Source: Fidelibacterota bacterium
Lineage (GTDB): Bacteria > Fidelibacterota > Marinisomatia > SCGC-AAA003-L08 > TS1B11
DNA: 40,733 nt
Assembly: GCA_020355065.1 (NCBI GenBank)
Contig: CP070656.1
Coordinates: forward strand, 2,501,703-2,542,435
Direction: 5' to 3'
Positions 17,325 through 25,711 of the stretch are shown here, one piece after another (positions within the stretch are counted from its first letter, which is position 1; every line of letters starts with the position of its first letter). The position numbers and the translations under genes were made by a program. The notes under the pieces were generated by a model. That model searched no databases, was not told the origin of the DNA, and saw only the letters and a list, made by a program, of their open reading frames with translations.

Positions 17325-18230
17325 CTAGGACGATCTGGTCAATCCAGTCGAAGATTTCTTCCCACCCATCGCAGCCAGTAGACTCGCCTCGTCATAGCTA
17401 AGTGAACCATTCAGCGTCATGAGCGCCCGTACTTGCGCATCAGAAATGGATGATTGGTGCACTCCACCCGATGGTGCCTCCCCTGGGGCTACTTGAGGAG
17501 AAGCAGAGTGGTCCGATGCGGACCTGCGACGCTGAATGAACCAAACCAGGGGAATGCCTGCTAAAAGCAGGATACCGGAGAGACTGCCGGCCCATACGAC
17601 CGCACGACGAACTGCTCTGCGGTACGGAGCCATCTCCTTGGCAAGGGTGCGTGGAATCTTCATTTGAGACGTTCCGGCTGCTTCGGCTGGCGGGGCCGGC
17701 GGAGTGGCCGGGGTGATATCCGGCTGAAAACGGCCATTCGGCCATAAGGCAGATATGGTCTCCTCCCGAAAATAGCTCTCTCTGGGAAGTGGATGTGTGT
17801 AGAAATCGATCACATAAAGGTCCGCGTCCATCACCTTGTACCTGACGAAATCCCAGAACCGGGTGCCGGTCAACTTGATGGACATTATGTTCTTCCTCGG
17901 AAACTCGACGCGAATGGCCACCGGGACCAAGTACCCTTTCTCGTAGGCACGCCTGCCCACATAGGTCTGTTCATCCACACTGTAAATGGTAACCTCTGCT
18001 TGCCCAAGGCTGTCCAGCTTAACCCGCACGCGCCTTTCGCCAACACCATCGATCAGCAGCCGACGCAGACTTTCTTCTTCGGCCGAAAAGATCGCCAGAT
18101 AGCCCTGGTTAGCCCCGCGTAAAATACCTGCTCCTAGGCAGAGAAAAAGGGCTGGGACAAGGACCTTAAATAAGAATATCGATCTGGTGTTCACTGGATG
18201 CACTATCTTCTTCGTCGGCTGAATCCTCAT
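17325..18230 (-). CDS. Hypothetical membrane protein: N-terminal TM/signal anchor, ~190-aa extracytoplasmic domain, Pro-rich linker, second TM, ~70-aa C-terminal tail
   Basis: MRIQPTKKIVHPVNTRSIFLFKVLVPALFLCLGAGIL..; ..PDITPATPPAPPAEAAG..; AVVWAGSLSGILLLAGIPLVWFIQRRR. I prefer ATG 18230 as the start. The track's 18359 start would run through the 95-aa ORF in an Arg/Ser/Gly-rich off-frame. Confidence 0.6.
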   Translation of the reverse strand: MRIQPTKKIVHPVNTRSIFLFKVLVPALFLCLGAGILRGANQGYLAIFSAEEESLRRLLIDGVGERRVRVKLDSLGQAEVTIYSVDEQTYVGRRAYEKGYLVPVAIRVEFPRKNIMSIKLTGTRFWDFVRYKVMDADLYVIDFYTHPLPRESYFREETISALWPNGRFQPDITPATPPAPPAEAAGTSQMKIPRTLAKEMAPYRRAVRRAVVWAGSLSGILLLAGIPLVWFIQRRRSASDHSASPQVAPGEAPSGGVHQSSISDAQVRALMTLNGSLSYDEASLLAAMGGKKSSTGLTRSS

Positions 18231-18453
18231 CCTGCTCTGCCGCCTCATCGGCGAGCTCCGGATGGCTGGATAACTCGACCTTGTCTTTCCGCTTCCGCCG
18301 TTTCCGGTCCCGGTCCTCCTCTTCACTGGATTTCCTGCGCTCCAGTTTCTGCTCCTCAATCTTCACCGTTTCAGGTTTGATCGACTCAACCTGCTGCGCA
18401 TCCGGCTGAACCGGAGGCTGTATGTTCAGATTCGGATCAAGGGTTTCAATCAT
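18166..18453 (-). CDS. Hypothetical 95-aa hyper-charged (Lys/Arg block then Asp/Glu tail) protein, translationally coupled to fliA
   Basis: Its ATG overlaps the fliA stop (ATGA). Codon usage looks like its neighbours (CTG/CCG/CAG/GAG). The sequence ..EEQKLERRKSSEEEDRDRKRRKRKDKVELSSHPELADEAAEQDEDSADEEDSASSEHQIDILI has no recognisable family motif. Confidence 0.55.
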   Translation of the reverse strand: MIETLDPNLNIQPPVQPDAQQVESIKPETVKIEEQKLERRKSSEEEDRDRKRRKRKDKVELSSHPELADEAAEQDEDSADEEDSASSEHQIDILI

Positions 18454-19223
18454 TGCAGTTTGACACGCAACTGGTCAAGGGACTTGCTCATGATTTGAGA
18501 TACACGAGACTCGGATATGTTCAAGATCTGACCAATTTCCACGAGCGTGAGGTTCTCATAGTAATAGAGAGCTAATATCAATCGCTCCCGCTCAGGCATT
18601 TCTTTAAGCAAGTTGACAAGCCGCGCTTTCAGATTATCTATCATGTACGCATTCTCCGGATCTTCAGACTCCGTATCAGCCAGGAGGTCAATCTGCCGCG
18701 AAGTATTATCCTGCTCTCCTGAGATCGGATCTTCAAGTGAGAAGGTCGCATAACTTAATTGCCCCGCCACCATCAGGTCTGAATATTCACTCTGGGTAAT
18801 ATCTGCCGCTTCACAAATCTCCTCGGCAGATGGCTCCCGACTAAGTTCCTGAGACAATTTCTCGGTTATCTTCTGTACTAGCATCAGACGTTCCAGTTTC
18901 GTTCGACTCAAGATTCGAACCTGTCGGATGGCGTCAATTACCGCACCATAGATGCGCTTATAGGCAAACGTCTTAAATTTAACCTGTCGGCTCTCGTCAA
19001 ACCGATCAATGGCCTCCAAGAGCCCGTGAATCGCACTCTGTTCTAAATCCTCTCGGGTTATAACATCAGTGACCGGGAGCGGAATACGGTTGACCACATA
19101 ATAGACCAGGGGTAGAAACTCCCTGACCGCCCGTTCCTTGAGAATCGGATCCTTCGTAGCGCAATACTCGCTGAGGAGTGCCTCGCCGCTAAGTTCCTTC
19201 TGCTTCGCTGCTTGTGCTTTCAT
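18450..19223 (-). CDS. fliA: Flagellar sigma factor FliA (sigma-28)
   Basis: Sigma-70 region 2 (..LPLVYYVVNRI..EDLEQSAIHGLLEAIDRFDESRQVKFKTFAYKRIYGAVIDAIR) and region 4 HTH (..LTLVEIGQILNISESRVSQIMSKSL) are present. It lies downstream of flhF-flhG. Confidence 0.92.
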   Translation of the reverse strand: MKAQAAKQKELSGEALLSEYCATKDPILKERAVREFLPLVYYVVNRIPLPVTDVITREDLEQSAIHGLLEAIDRFDESRQVKFKTFAYKRIYGAVIDAIRQVRILSRTKLERLMLVQKITEKLSQELSREPSAEEICEAADITQSEYSDLMVAGQLSYATFSLEDPISGEQDNTSRQIDLLADTESEDPENAYMIDNLKARLVNLLKEMPERERLILALYYYENLTLVEIGQILNISESRVSQIMSKSLDQLRVKLQ

Positions 19224-19449
19224 TCTCTGTTGCCGATTCAGTCAGATCCGTTGGTGGCTCCTCTTCCTGCACTTTGGACCGCATCCCCAGACGGAGAATA
19301 TTCCCGGCCACGATCAGAAGGATCAGGACAGCGACCAGGACGAAACCACTGCGGTAGAGTGCCGTAAGTAGAGGATACCCTCGAACGAGCAAGATCGCCA
19401 AAGTCCCCAATCCAATGATAAGTGCGAGCTGATAAATAACTGTTTGCAT
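19189..19449 (-). CDS. Hypothetical 86-aa two-TM micro-protein with acidic tail
   Basis: MQTVIYQLALIIGLGTLAILLVRGYPLLTALYRSGFVLVAVLILLIVAGNILRL..EEEPPTDLTESATENESTSSEAEGT. It fills the otherwise 227-nt flhG-fliA gap. The ATG is 1 nt after the flhG stop, and the 3' end overlaps the fliA start by 35 nt. The SD is weak. Confidence 0.5.
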   Translation of the reverse strand: MQTVIYQLALIIGLGTLAILLVRGYPLLTALYRSGFVLVAVLILLIVAGNILRLGMRSKVQEEEPPTDLTESATENESTSSEAEGT

Positions 19450-19450
19450 A

Positions 19451-20341
19451 CTAAAGTGATTCCACCTCCTTACGGCTAACACGAAGCCGATCAAAGATGT
19501 TCGACCGGTATTCGATCTCCTTAGGGGGTAGCTTCAATAATCGATGGCAGACAAGCTGCAGGTTATGTGCTGCCTGACTCCTCGGATATTCCACTACAAA
19601 GGGCCGCTGCCGGATGATCGCCTGACCAACCGCGGTATCCTCTATAATAGACCCCCCATAATATAGGTTAGTCTTGAGGAATTTTTGAGTAATCAAATTT
19701 AGTTTTTTATGCAGCTCCAGGCCATCTTCCAACGATCTCAGTCGATTCGGAATAAGGACCAGGGGTATATCCGCAGACTTGCTCCGTATAACCTTGATCA
19801 TGGCATACACATCCGAGATGGAAGCGGGCTCGGGAGTGATGATCAAAATAACTTTATCTGCACCTAGAGCCATGGTCAATACCGTCGGGGAAATGCCCGC
19901 TCCAGTATCTACGATCAGGTAATCATAGCGAGCCTGAATGGACGCGAAGGAATCTGCCAATACCTTGAGCATCTGTGAGTCCGCCTCCAGTAGGTTCAAA
20001 TCACCCGAGGTAGCCGGGAGTATATCTATACCGGAGGGATGGTGCATAATGATCTGCTCCAACGATCGGCTGCCGTCCATGAGCTCGGATACCGTATAGC
20101 GGGGAGTCGCCCCGATAACCACATCCAGCTTGCCCAGATGCAGGTCCGCATCCATCAGGAGGACACGCTGACGGCGGTGACGTAGCAAAATTCCTAGGTT
20201 CACCGCAAAATTGGTCTTGCCGACACCTCCCTTCCCACTGGTCACCGTAATGATCTCGGGTAGTACTTCCCTCTGAGGAGCAGCACGCTGCTTGGTGGGA
20301 GTGGTCTGCCTTACTTTTGGTGCTGGACTGGTCACGATCAT
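19451..20341 (-). CDS. flhG: MinD/ParA-type flagellar number regulator FlhG (FleN/YlxH)
   Basis: It has a deviant Walker A (TSGKGGVGKTNFAVNLG) and an ATGA overlap with the flhF stop. Confidence 0.9.
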   Translation of the reverse strand: MIVTSPAPKVRQTTPTKQRAAPQREVLPEIITVTSGKGGVGKTNFAVNLGILLRHRRQRVLLMDADLHLGKLDVVIGATPRYTVSELMDGSRSLEQIIMHHPSGIDILPATSGDLNLLEADSQMLKVLADSFASIQARYDYLIVDTGAGISPTVLTMALGADKVILIITPEPASISDVYAMIKVIRSKSADIPLVLIPNRLRSLEDGLELHKKLNLITQKFLKTNLYYGGSIIEDTAVGQAIIRQRPFVVEYPRSQAAHNLQLVCHRLLKLPPKEIEYRSNIFDRLRVSRKEVESL

Positions 20342-21495
20342 ATGTTCTCCGCAGCCAAAGGTAAGCGATTAATCACCGCAGGTGGTATTCGTATTGACAG
20401 GCTCTGAGGAACCGCCTGACCGGTCGTAACATACTTCATCGGCAATTCAGGATCATCCGCCAGAGCCAGCACTTTGCCGGGCTTGCTGGTCTCGTCCAGT
20501 TTCGTCACGACCAAACCTGATGGATGGATCCCCTGGTACAGTCCTTTAAAGAGCCATAACTCCTCCAACGCCATATTGGCGCTGAGCACAAGGAGGGTTT
20601 CGGTAGGCCGCAGCACCGCCAGTTGGGTCTGTAAATCTGGCAGGCTGCCCTTAGAGAGCGGACTGCGACCAGGGGTATCCATCAAGATCACATCGCACTT
20701 GGCCAGGTTCACAAGGGCACGGGGAATGTCGTCCACTTGCCTGGCCTCGATAATTGGTATCGAAAGTATATCGCCCAGGGATTTGAGACCGGCGTTGGCA
20801 CCAGCTCGGAATATGTCCGTGGATATGATACCCACACGCCGATCCCGGTACACATCCGGGTGCGAAGCCATTTTAATGATCAAAGACGTCTTTCCGGCAC
20901 CGGATGGCCCCACCACGGCAATGACTTCCCTCTTGGATCGCGGCCGTTTCCTCGGTACGGAATAGAAAAGGTACGAAATCTGGCGCTTCAGCTCCGCCAA
21001 CGCCTCATCCCGGATTACAGCACTATGGTCCCCCATGCCGATCAATTGCTCCTCTGTCCGCGTCACTAGTAATTCAGCTACGTTATCCGGTACACCTGCT
21101 TCGGTTAACGTGTTGAAACAGAAATCAAACGGCTCAAGGAACGGACAGCTGCGCACAGCGCGGAGCTGAGCTTTCACACTGCGCAACTGCTGGCGGAGAA
21201 GGAAAAGCTCAGCCATATCCTCCTGCTGCTGGGAGGTGAGAGATCCGTTCCGTCTCGATTTCATATCGTCAGACCTCGACAGCCGCCCGTGGGAAGATCC
21301 ATTCATACGACCGGTGTCGTTCCCTGAGCGTGGATTCACACCTACTCGTAGGATCACCTGTTGACTATTGCCTTTCGAGGCGTTGCTCCGATCATCACGA
21401 CGCAAATCCAGGATCATGATATCTTCCCCAAGCTCGCGCTTGGCCAGTGCCAGAGCTTCACGCTCACTCGATCCGGTATAGGTTTTAAACAGCAC
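20338..21495 (-). CDS. flhF: SRP-type GTPase FlhF
   Basis: N-terminus (V)LFKTYTGSSEREALALAKRELGEDIMIL; G1 VGPSGAGKT; G3 DTPGRS; G4 TKLDET. It uses a GTG start that overlaps the flhA end. Confidence 0.92.
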   Translation of the reverse strand: MLFKTYTGSSEREALALAKRELGEDIMILDLRRDDRSNASKGNSQQVILRVGVNPRSGNDTGRMNGSSHGRLSRSDDMKSRRNGSLTSQQQEDMAELFLLRQQLRSVKAQLRAVRSCPFLEPFDFCFNTLTEAGVPDNVAELLVTRTEEQLIGMGDHSAVIRDEALAELKRQISYLFYSVPRKRPRSKREVIAVVGPSGAGKTSLIIKMASHPDVYRDRRVGIISTDIFRAGANAGLKSLGDILSIPIIEARQVDDIPRALVNLAKCDVILMDTPGRSPLSKGSLPDLQTQLAVLRPTETLLVLSANMALEELWLFKGLYQGIHPSGLVVTKLDETSKPGKVLALADDPELPMKYVTTGQAVPQSLSIRIPPAVINRLPLAAENI

Positions 21496-23530
21496 CCGGA
21501 TACCTCACTGTGCCCACCGATCTCAATTGCACCGTGGGGGATAATTCGGAAAACGACAGTATAGCCACGTTGGGCAGAACGGGTTCCGTAAACTGGCGCA
21601 CACTCCGGCGAATGGACGGAGATACCAGCAAAGCGGGCCGGCCGCCTCCCCGGACTATCTGCTCCACCTGTTCACTGATCGATGTAAGTACATCCTTCAC
21701 CTGATCGGGCGTTAGGTCCAGGTTTCCTAAGTACGCCTCTCCTTTCTTCGTGGCCTGAATAATGTGATCTTCTAGCCGGGGATCCAGCGTGGCGACCGGA
21801 ATGGGCTTATCATCCGTCTTGAATAGATCCGTGATCGTGTCGGCCATTGCGCTACGTACGTATTCGGTCAACATGTCAGCGTCTTTGGTGATGTGGGCAT
21901 AATCCGCCATGGTTTCCAGGATCGTGACCAGATTGCGAATCGGTATCCCTTCACCAAGCAGATTACGGAACACCTGCTGGACGACACCCAACGGCAATAA
22001 GTCAGGTGTGAGTCCTTCCACAACAGCCGCTTTCTCCTCTTTCAGATCATCCAGCATTTTCTGTACTTCCTGGCGATCCAAAAGCTTGTAGGCATTGGAT
22101 TTGAGCACTTCCATCAGGTGCGTGGCAATCACAACCTGTGGCTCAACGACCGTGTATCCGGCAGCCTCCGCCTTGGCCTTCTGTTCCTCGGAAACCCAGA
22201 GCGCGGATAGGTTGAAGGTCGGTTCTACGGTCTCAATACCGACCAAGCCGGCCTCCGGATCAGGATTCAATACCAGGTAGTAACCCACCATCACATCGCC
22301 GCGGGCTACCGTGATGCCGTGCACCTTGAATAAATACTCATTTGCGCCTAGGTTAATATTGTCGCGGAGACGAATGGGTGGAATGACCACTCCCATCTCC
22401 AACGCAATTGTTTTCCGAATGGAGGAGATACGGTTGAGTAGATCTCCACCCTGATTGGCATCCACTAGGCTGATAAGCCCGTAGCCGATTTCGATCTCAA
22501 ATGGATCGGGATGTAGAAAAGCTTCTATCCGTTCTTCCGGAACCTCAACTCTCGCTTCCTCGGCCTCGATCAGTTTCTTGGCCTCGGTAATCTTCGACCG
22601 CACTTTCAGAAATCCCATCCCCACCAAACCCAGCGCCAGGAGGAAGAAAGGCCAGAAGGGCATGGCAGGTATAAAGCCCACCAGCGCCAACGCTCCACCG
22701 GCAACGAACAGTGCCCGCGGCTGATCCGAAATTTGGGCGGCGACATCACCCGCTAAATCATGTTCCGTCGTGGAGCGAGTAACAATGATTCCGGCCGCCG
22801 TGGATACGATGAGCGCGGGAATCTGAGCAACCAGGCCATCACCCACGGTTAACAGGGTATACTTGCGAGCCGCGTCACCCAGCTCCATACCCAGCTGGAG
22901 AGTCCCGATGACCAATCCGCCAATGATGTTGATACCTGTGATCAGCAGCGCCGCAATAGCATCGCCGCGCACAAATTTGGCAGCACCATCCATCGCTCCA
23001 TAGAAGTCCGCCTCTGATGCTATCTGGCGTCGCCGCTGCCGGGCCTCGTTCTCATCGATCAAACCTGAGTTCAGGTCGGCATCTATGGCCATCTGCTTTC
23101 CGGGCATCGCATCCAGGGTGAAGCGAGCGGCGACCTCGGCAATCCGGGTAGCTCCGCGGGTAATGACTAGGAAATTTATGATCACCAGAATCAGGAAAAT
23201 GATGAATCCCACAACATAGTTGCCTGAGACAACGAAGGAACCAAATCCCTGGATGATTTCACCGGCATATCCCCGGCCTAGAATGAGTCGCGTAGTGGCC
23301 ACATTCAAGGCCAGACGAAACAGAGTCACGATAAGCAGCAGGCTGGGAAAAACAGCAAATTCCAGTGGCTTGAGTGTATACAGGGATACAAACATGATCA
23401 CCAGCCCACCCAGAATATTCATGGCCAGAAAAACGTCCATGAAGAAGGTAGGCAGTGGGACCAACATCACCGCCAAGATCAGAATGACGGCAGCGCCTAA
23501 GCCAAGATCAGTTCCTTTCAGAAAACGCAT
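21485..23530 (-). CDS. flhA: Flagellar export gate protein FlhA
   Basis: 681 aa with an FHIPEP-family N-terminal TM domain (..AARFTLDAMPGKQMAIDADL..FVRGDAIA..) and a cytoplasmic C-domain. Confidence 0.95.
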   Translation of the reverse strand: MRFLKGTDLGLGAAVILILAVMLVPLPTFFMDVFLAMNILGGLVIMFVSLYTLKPLEFAVFPSLLLIVTLFRLALNVATTRLILGRGYAGEIIQGFGSFVVSGNYVVGFIIFLILVIINFLVITRGATRIAEVAARFTLDAMPGKQMAIDADLNSGLIDENEARQRRRQIASEADFYGAMDGAAKFVRGDAIAALLITGINIIGGLVIGTLQLGMELGDAARKYTLLTVGDGLVAQIPALIVSTAAGIIVTRSTTEHDLAGDVAAQISDQPRALFVAGGALALVGFIPAMPFWPFFLLALGLVGMGFLKVRSKITEAKKLIEAEEARVEVPEERIEAFLHPDPFEIEIGYGLISLVDANQGGDLLNRISSIRKTIALEMGVVIPPIRLRDNINLGANEYLFKVHGITVARGDVMVGYYLVLNPDPEAGLVGIETVEPTFNLSALWVSEEQKAKAEAAGYTVVEPQVVIATHLMEVLKSNAYKLLDRQEVQKMLDDLKEEKAAVVEGLTPDLLPLGVVQQVFRNLLGEGIPIRNLVTILETMADYAHITKDADMLTEYVRSAMADTITDLFKTDDKPIPVATLDPRLEDHIIQATKKGEAYLGNLDLTPDQVKDVLTSISEQVEQIVRGGGRPALLVSPSIRRSVRQFTEPVLPNVAILSFSELSPTVQLRSVGTVRYPGAV

Positions 23531-23549
23531 GTATCCGTCCTACCTTACT

Positions 23550-24653
23550 TTACCTTAACGGGGCCGCGGTGCTCATCGCCGGTCGACCGACACCATAACG
23601 TTGCCAGAAGATCTCAGCCAGTATCTCGGCCACGGCTTTATAATATGCGTAGGGTATCTCATCCCCGATTTCACAGCTCTGGAACAGTGCCCGTGCCAAG
23701 GCCGGACTTTCTTTGATGGGCACATCGTGTTCACGAGCTACTTCCTTAATTCTCTCAGCCACTTTCCTTTGTCCTTTTGCGACTACTTCCGGCGCCGAGG
23801 TTGTGTCTTCCTCATTATATTTTAAAGCCACTGCAACATGCACCGGATTGGTCACTACAACCGTTGCCCGGGCTGCCTCAGCCATCATACGATTCCGGCT
23901 CATCTCACGCTGCATCGACCGCAACCGGGACCGGACCTCCGGATTACCCTCCGTCTGCCGGAACTCATCTTTGACTTCTTGCCGGGTCATACGCAACTTG
24001 CGTTTCCATTCCCAGCGCTGATATGTGAAGTCGGCCACGGCCATTACCAAATACGCAATGCCTACGTATGCTCCGACCTTGAGGAGGTCGATAGCGAGGC
24101 TGCCAATGATCTGCGACGGCGTCATATAGGTCAAAAAGGGGTAATCCTTGACGCGGTCAGCAAGATAGAGGTAAATAATCGTGCCAACGATGATCATCTT
24201 GAGGATCCCCTTGATCAATTCCACCAGACCTCTCGTCGAGAAAATGCGCTTCAAACCGGTCATCGGATTGAGTCGCTCCCAGTTGGGCCCGAGAGCCTTT
24301 GGGGCAAAAATTACCCCCACCTGTAAATAATTCACCAAAAGGGCGATAATGACCACTAGGAGTAGGACCGGTCCCAGAATGAGAAGACTCCGCTCACTCA
24401 TCCACGCTACCAGCGAGGGCAGACTCCTGGGATTGATTGTGACGGTCGCGAGTGAGCTGTAAACATCGCGAATTACCCCCGACAGTCCATTCAGGAAAGA
24501 ACCCCCATAGAAATAAAAGAAAATCAGGACAGAGATCATGAGAATCGCGGAAGGCAACTCCATACTCTTGGCAATGTCGCCCTTCTCTCGCGCTTCCCTG
24601 ATCCGTTTCGGAGTCGCTTCTTCGGTGCGATCTTGGGCCGGTTGCTCTGCCAT
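23550..24653 (-). CDS. flhB: Flagellar export switch protein FlhB
   Basis: QDRTEEATPKRIREAREKGDIAKS; 4 TM segments; an autocleavage-site region VVVTNPVHVAVALKY (NPVH at residues 269-272). Confidence 0.95.
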   Translation of the reverse strand: MAEQPAQDRTEEATPKRIREAREKGDIAKSMELPSAILMISVLIFFYFYGGSFLNGLSGVIRDVYSSLATVTINPRSLPSLVAWMSERSLLILGPVLLLVVIIALLVNYLQVGVIFAPKALGPNWERLNPMTGLKRIFSTRGLVELIKGILKMIIVGTIIYLYLADRVKDYPFLTYMTPSQIIGSLAIDLLKVGAYVGIAYLVMAVADFTYQRWEWKRKLRMTRQEVKDEFRQTEGNPEVRSRLRSMQREMSRNRMMAEAARATVVVTNPVHVAVALKYNEEDTTSAPEVVAKGQRKVAERIKEVAREHDVPIKESPALARALFQSCEIGDEIPYAYYKAVAEILAEIFWQRYGVGRPAMSTAAPLR

Positions 24654-24654
24654 G

Positions 24655-25443
24655 TCAGCTTCTCAATGATGCCAGTAACGTCGCAACATATTCCTGGAAC
24701 TCCGCGTACATGGCGGAAAACAAGGCCTGAAACAGCTGCAGTGAAACCACCAGGGCAAAGATACCTACCGTCAGTTTCAACGGCAGTACCACGAAAAAAA
24801 CTTGGAAACGTGGCATAGCCCTGGATAACACTCCCACACCGACATCCATCATCAGAGTCAGAATCAAGGCCGGAGCAGCTAATTTCAGGGCCAATCTGAA
24901 CATCTCGGTAGAACCTTCGATGAGCATCTGTCCCGAGGCGGGTTGTAGCACCCCTTTCTCAAGGGGAATCAGCTGGAAATTTTGCAACAGCAGTCTGATC
25001 AGAAAGTGGTGACCATCTACCGCCACGAAAAGAAGAATGGCGACTAAGGCCCAGAATTGCCCGACCATGGATTGTGGGGCACTGGTTACGGGATCAACCA
25101 ACTCAGCTATGGCAAAGCCCATCTGCCTGCCGGCAAAAGTCCCCGCTAATGAAAAAGCCTCAAACATGAATTTCGTTCCAAAACCGACGATGAGTCCCAC
25201 TGAGAGCTCCCGCCCGATGGCAAAAGCCAGACGTGAAAGACCCCAATCCATTCCTAAGCCCTCGATACCCGCAACAGGCAAAACCAGAAAGCTGAGGACC
25301 AGGGTGATTATTATGCGAACTCGCATGGCAATCGCCGGAGATCCGAAAAATGGAAAGGCGTACATCATGGCAGATACTCTGGTGAGTATCAGCATGAAGG
25401 AAATCCCCCATCCCGAAAGTAGGTCCAGAATGGAAAGGCTCAT
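24655..25443 (-). CDS. fliR: Flagellar export apparatus protein FliR
   Basis: A polytopic membrane protein (..FMLILTRVSAMMYAFPFFG..). I chose ATG 25443, which overlaps the fliQ stop (ATGA). Confidence 0.9.
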   Translation of the reverse strand: MSLSILDLLSGWGISFMLILTRVSAMMYAFPFFGSPAIAMRVRIIITLVLSFLVLPVAGIEGLGMDWGLSRLAFAIGRELSVGLIVGFGTKFMFEAFSLAGTFAGRQMGFAIAELVDPVTSAPQSMVGQFWALVAILLFVAVDGHHFLIRLLLQNFQLIPLEKGVLQPASGQMLIEGSTEMFRLALKLAAPALILTLMMDVGVGVLSRAMPRFQVFFVVLPLKLTVGIFALVVSLQLFQALFSAMYAEFQEYVATLLASLRS

Positions 25444-25709
25444 TTCCCCAACTGGGTAATTTGGTCGAAGATCAGGAGATTGAAGCCCATCACAAGATCC
25501 AGCATCCAAGGGATTAATAGCAACATGACCAGACCGACGATGGCGATCTTCGGAATGAACGTAAGGGTTATCTCCTGAATGGACGTGACAGCCTGAAATA
25601 AACCTACCATAAGACCTACCAGGAGTGCACTTCCCAGGAGAGGCAGAAGGATATATAGGGCTGTAAGAAGGGTTTGATGGCTTACGAATACGACAAAGTC
25701 AGTGCTCAT
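25440..25709 (-). CDS. fliQ: Flagellar export apparatus protein FliQ
   Basis: 89 aa with 2 TM segments. ..LLPLLGSALLVGLMVGLFQAVTSIQEITLTFIPK is canonical for FliQ. Confidence 0.93.
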   Translation of the reverse strand: MSTDFVVFVSHQTLLTALYILLPLLGSALLVGLMVGLFQAVTSIQEITLTFIPKIAIVGLVMLLLIPWMLDLVMGFNLLIFDQITQLGK

Positions 25710-25711
25710 GG

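Noticed and set aside
18231-18359. N-terminal extension of the 2-TM protein ORF (track start 18359)
   Set aside because: The extension reads MRSRNWSAGNPVKRRTGTGNGGSGKTRSS.., which is typical off-frame composition, and it overlaps the better-supported 95-aa ORF that is ATGA-coupled to fliA. I preferred the internal ATG 18230, which is followed by a TM segment.
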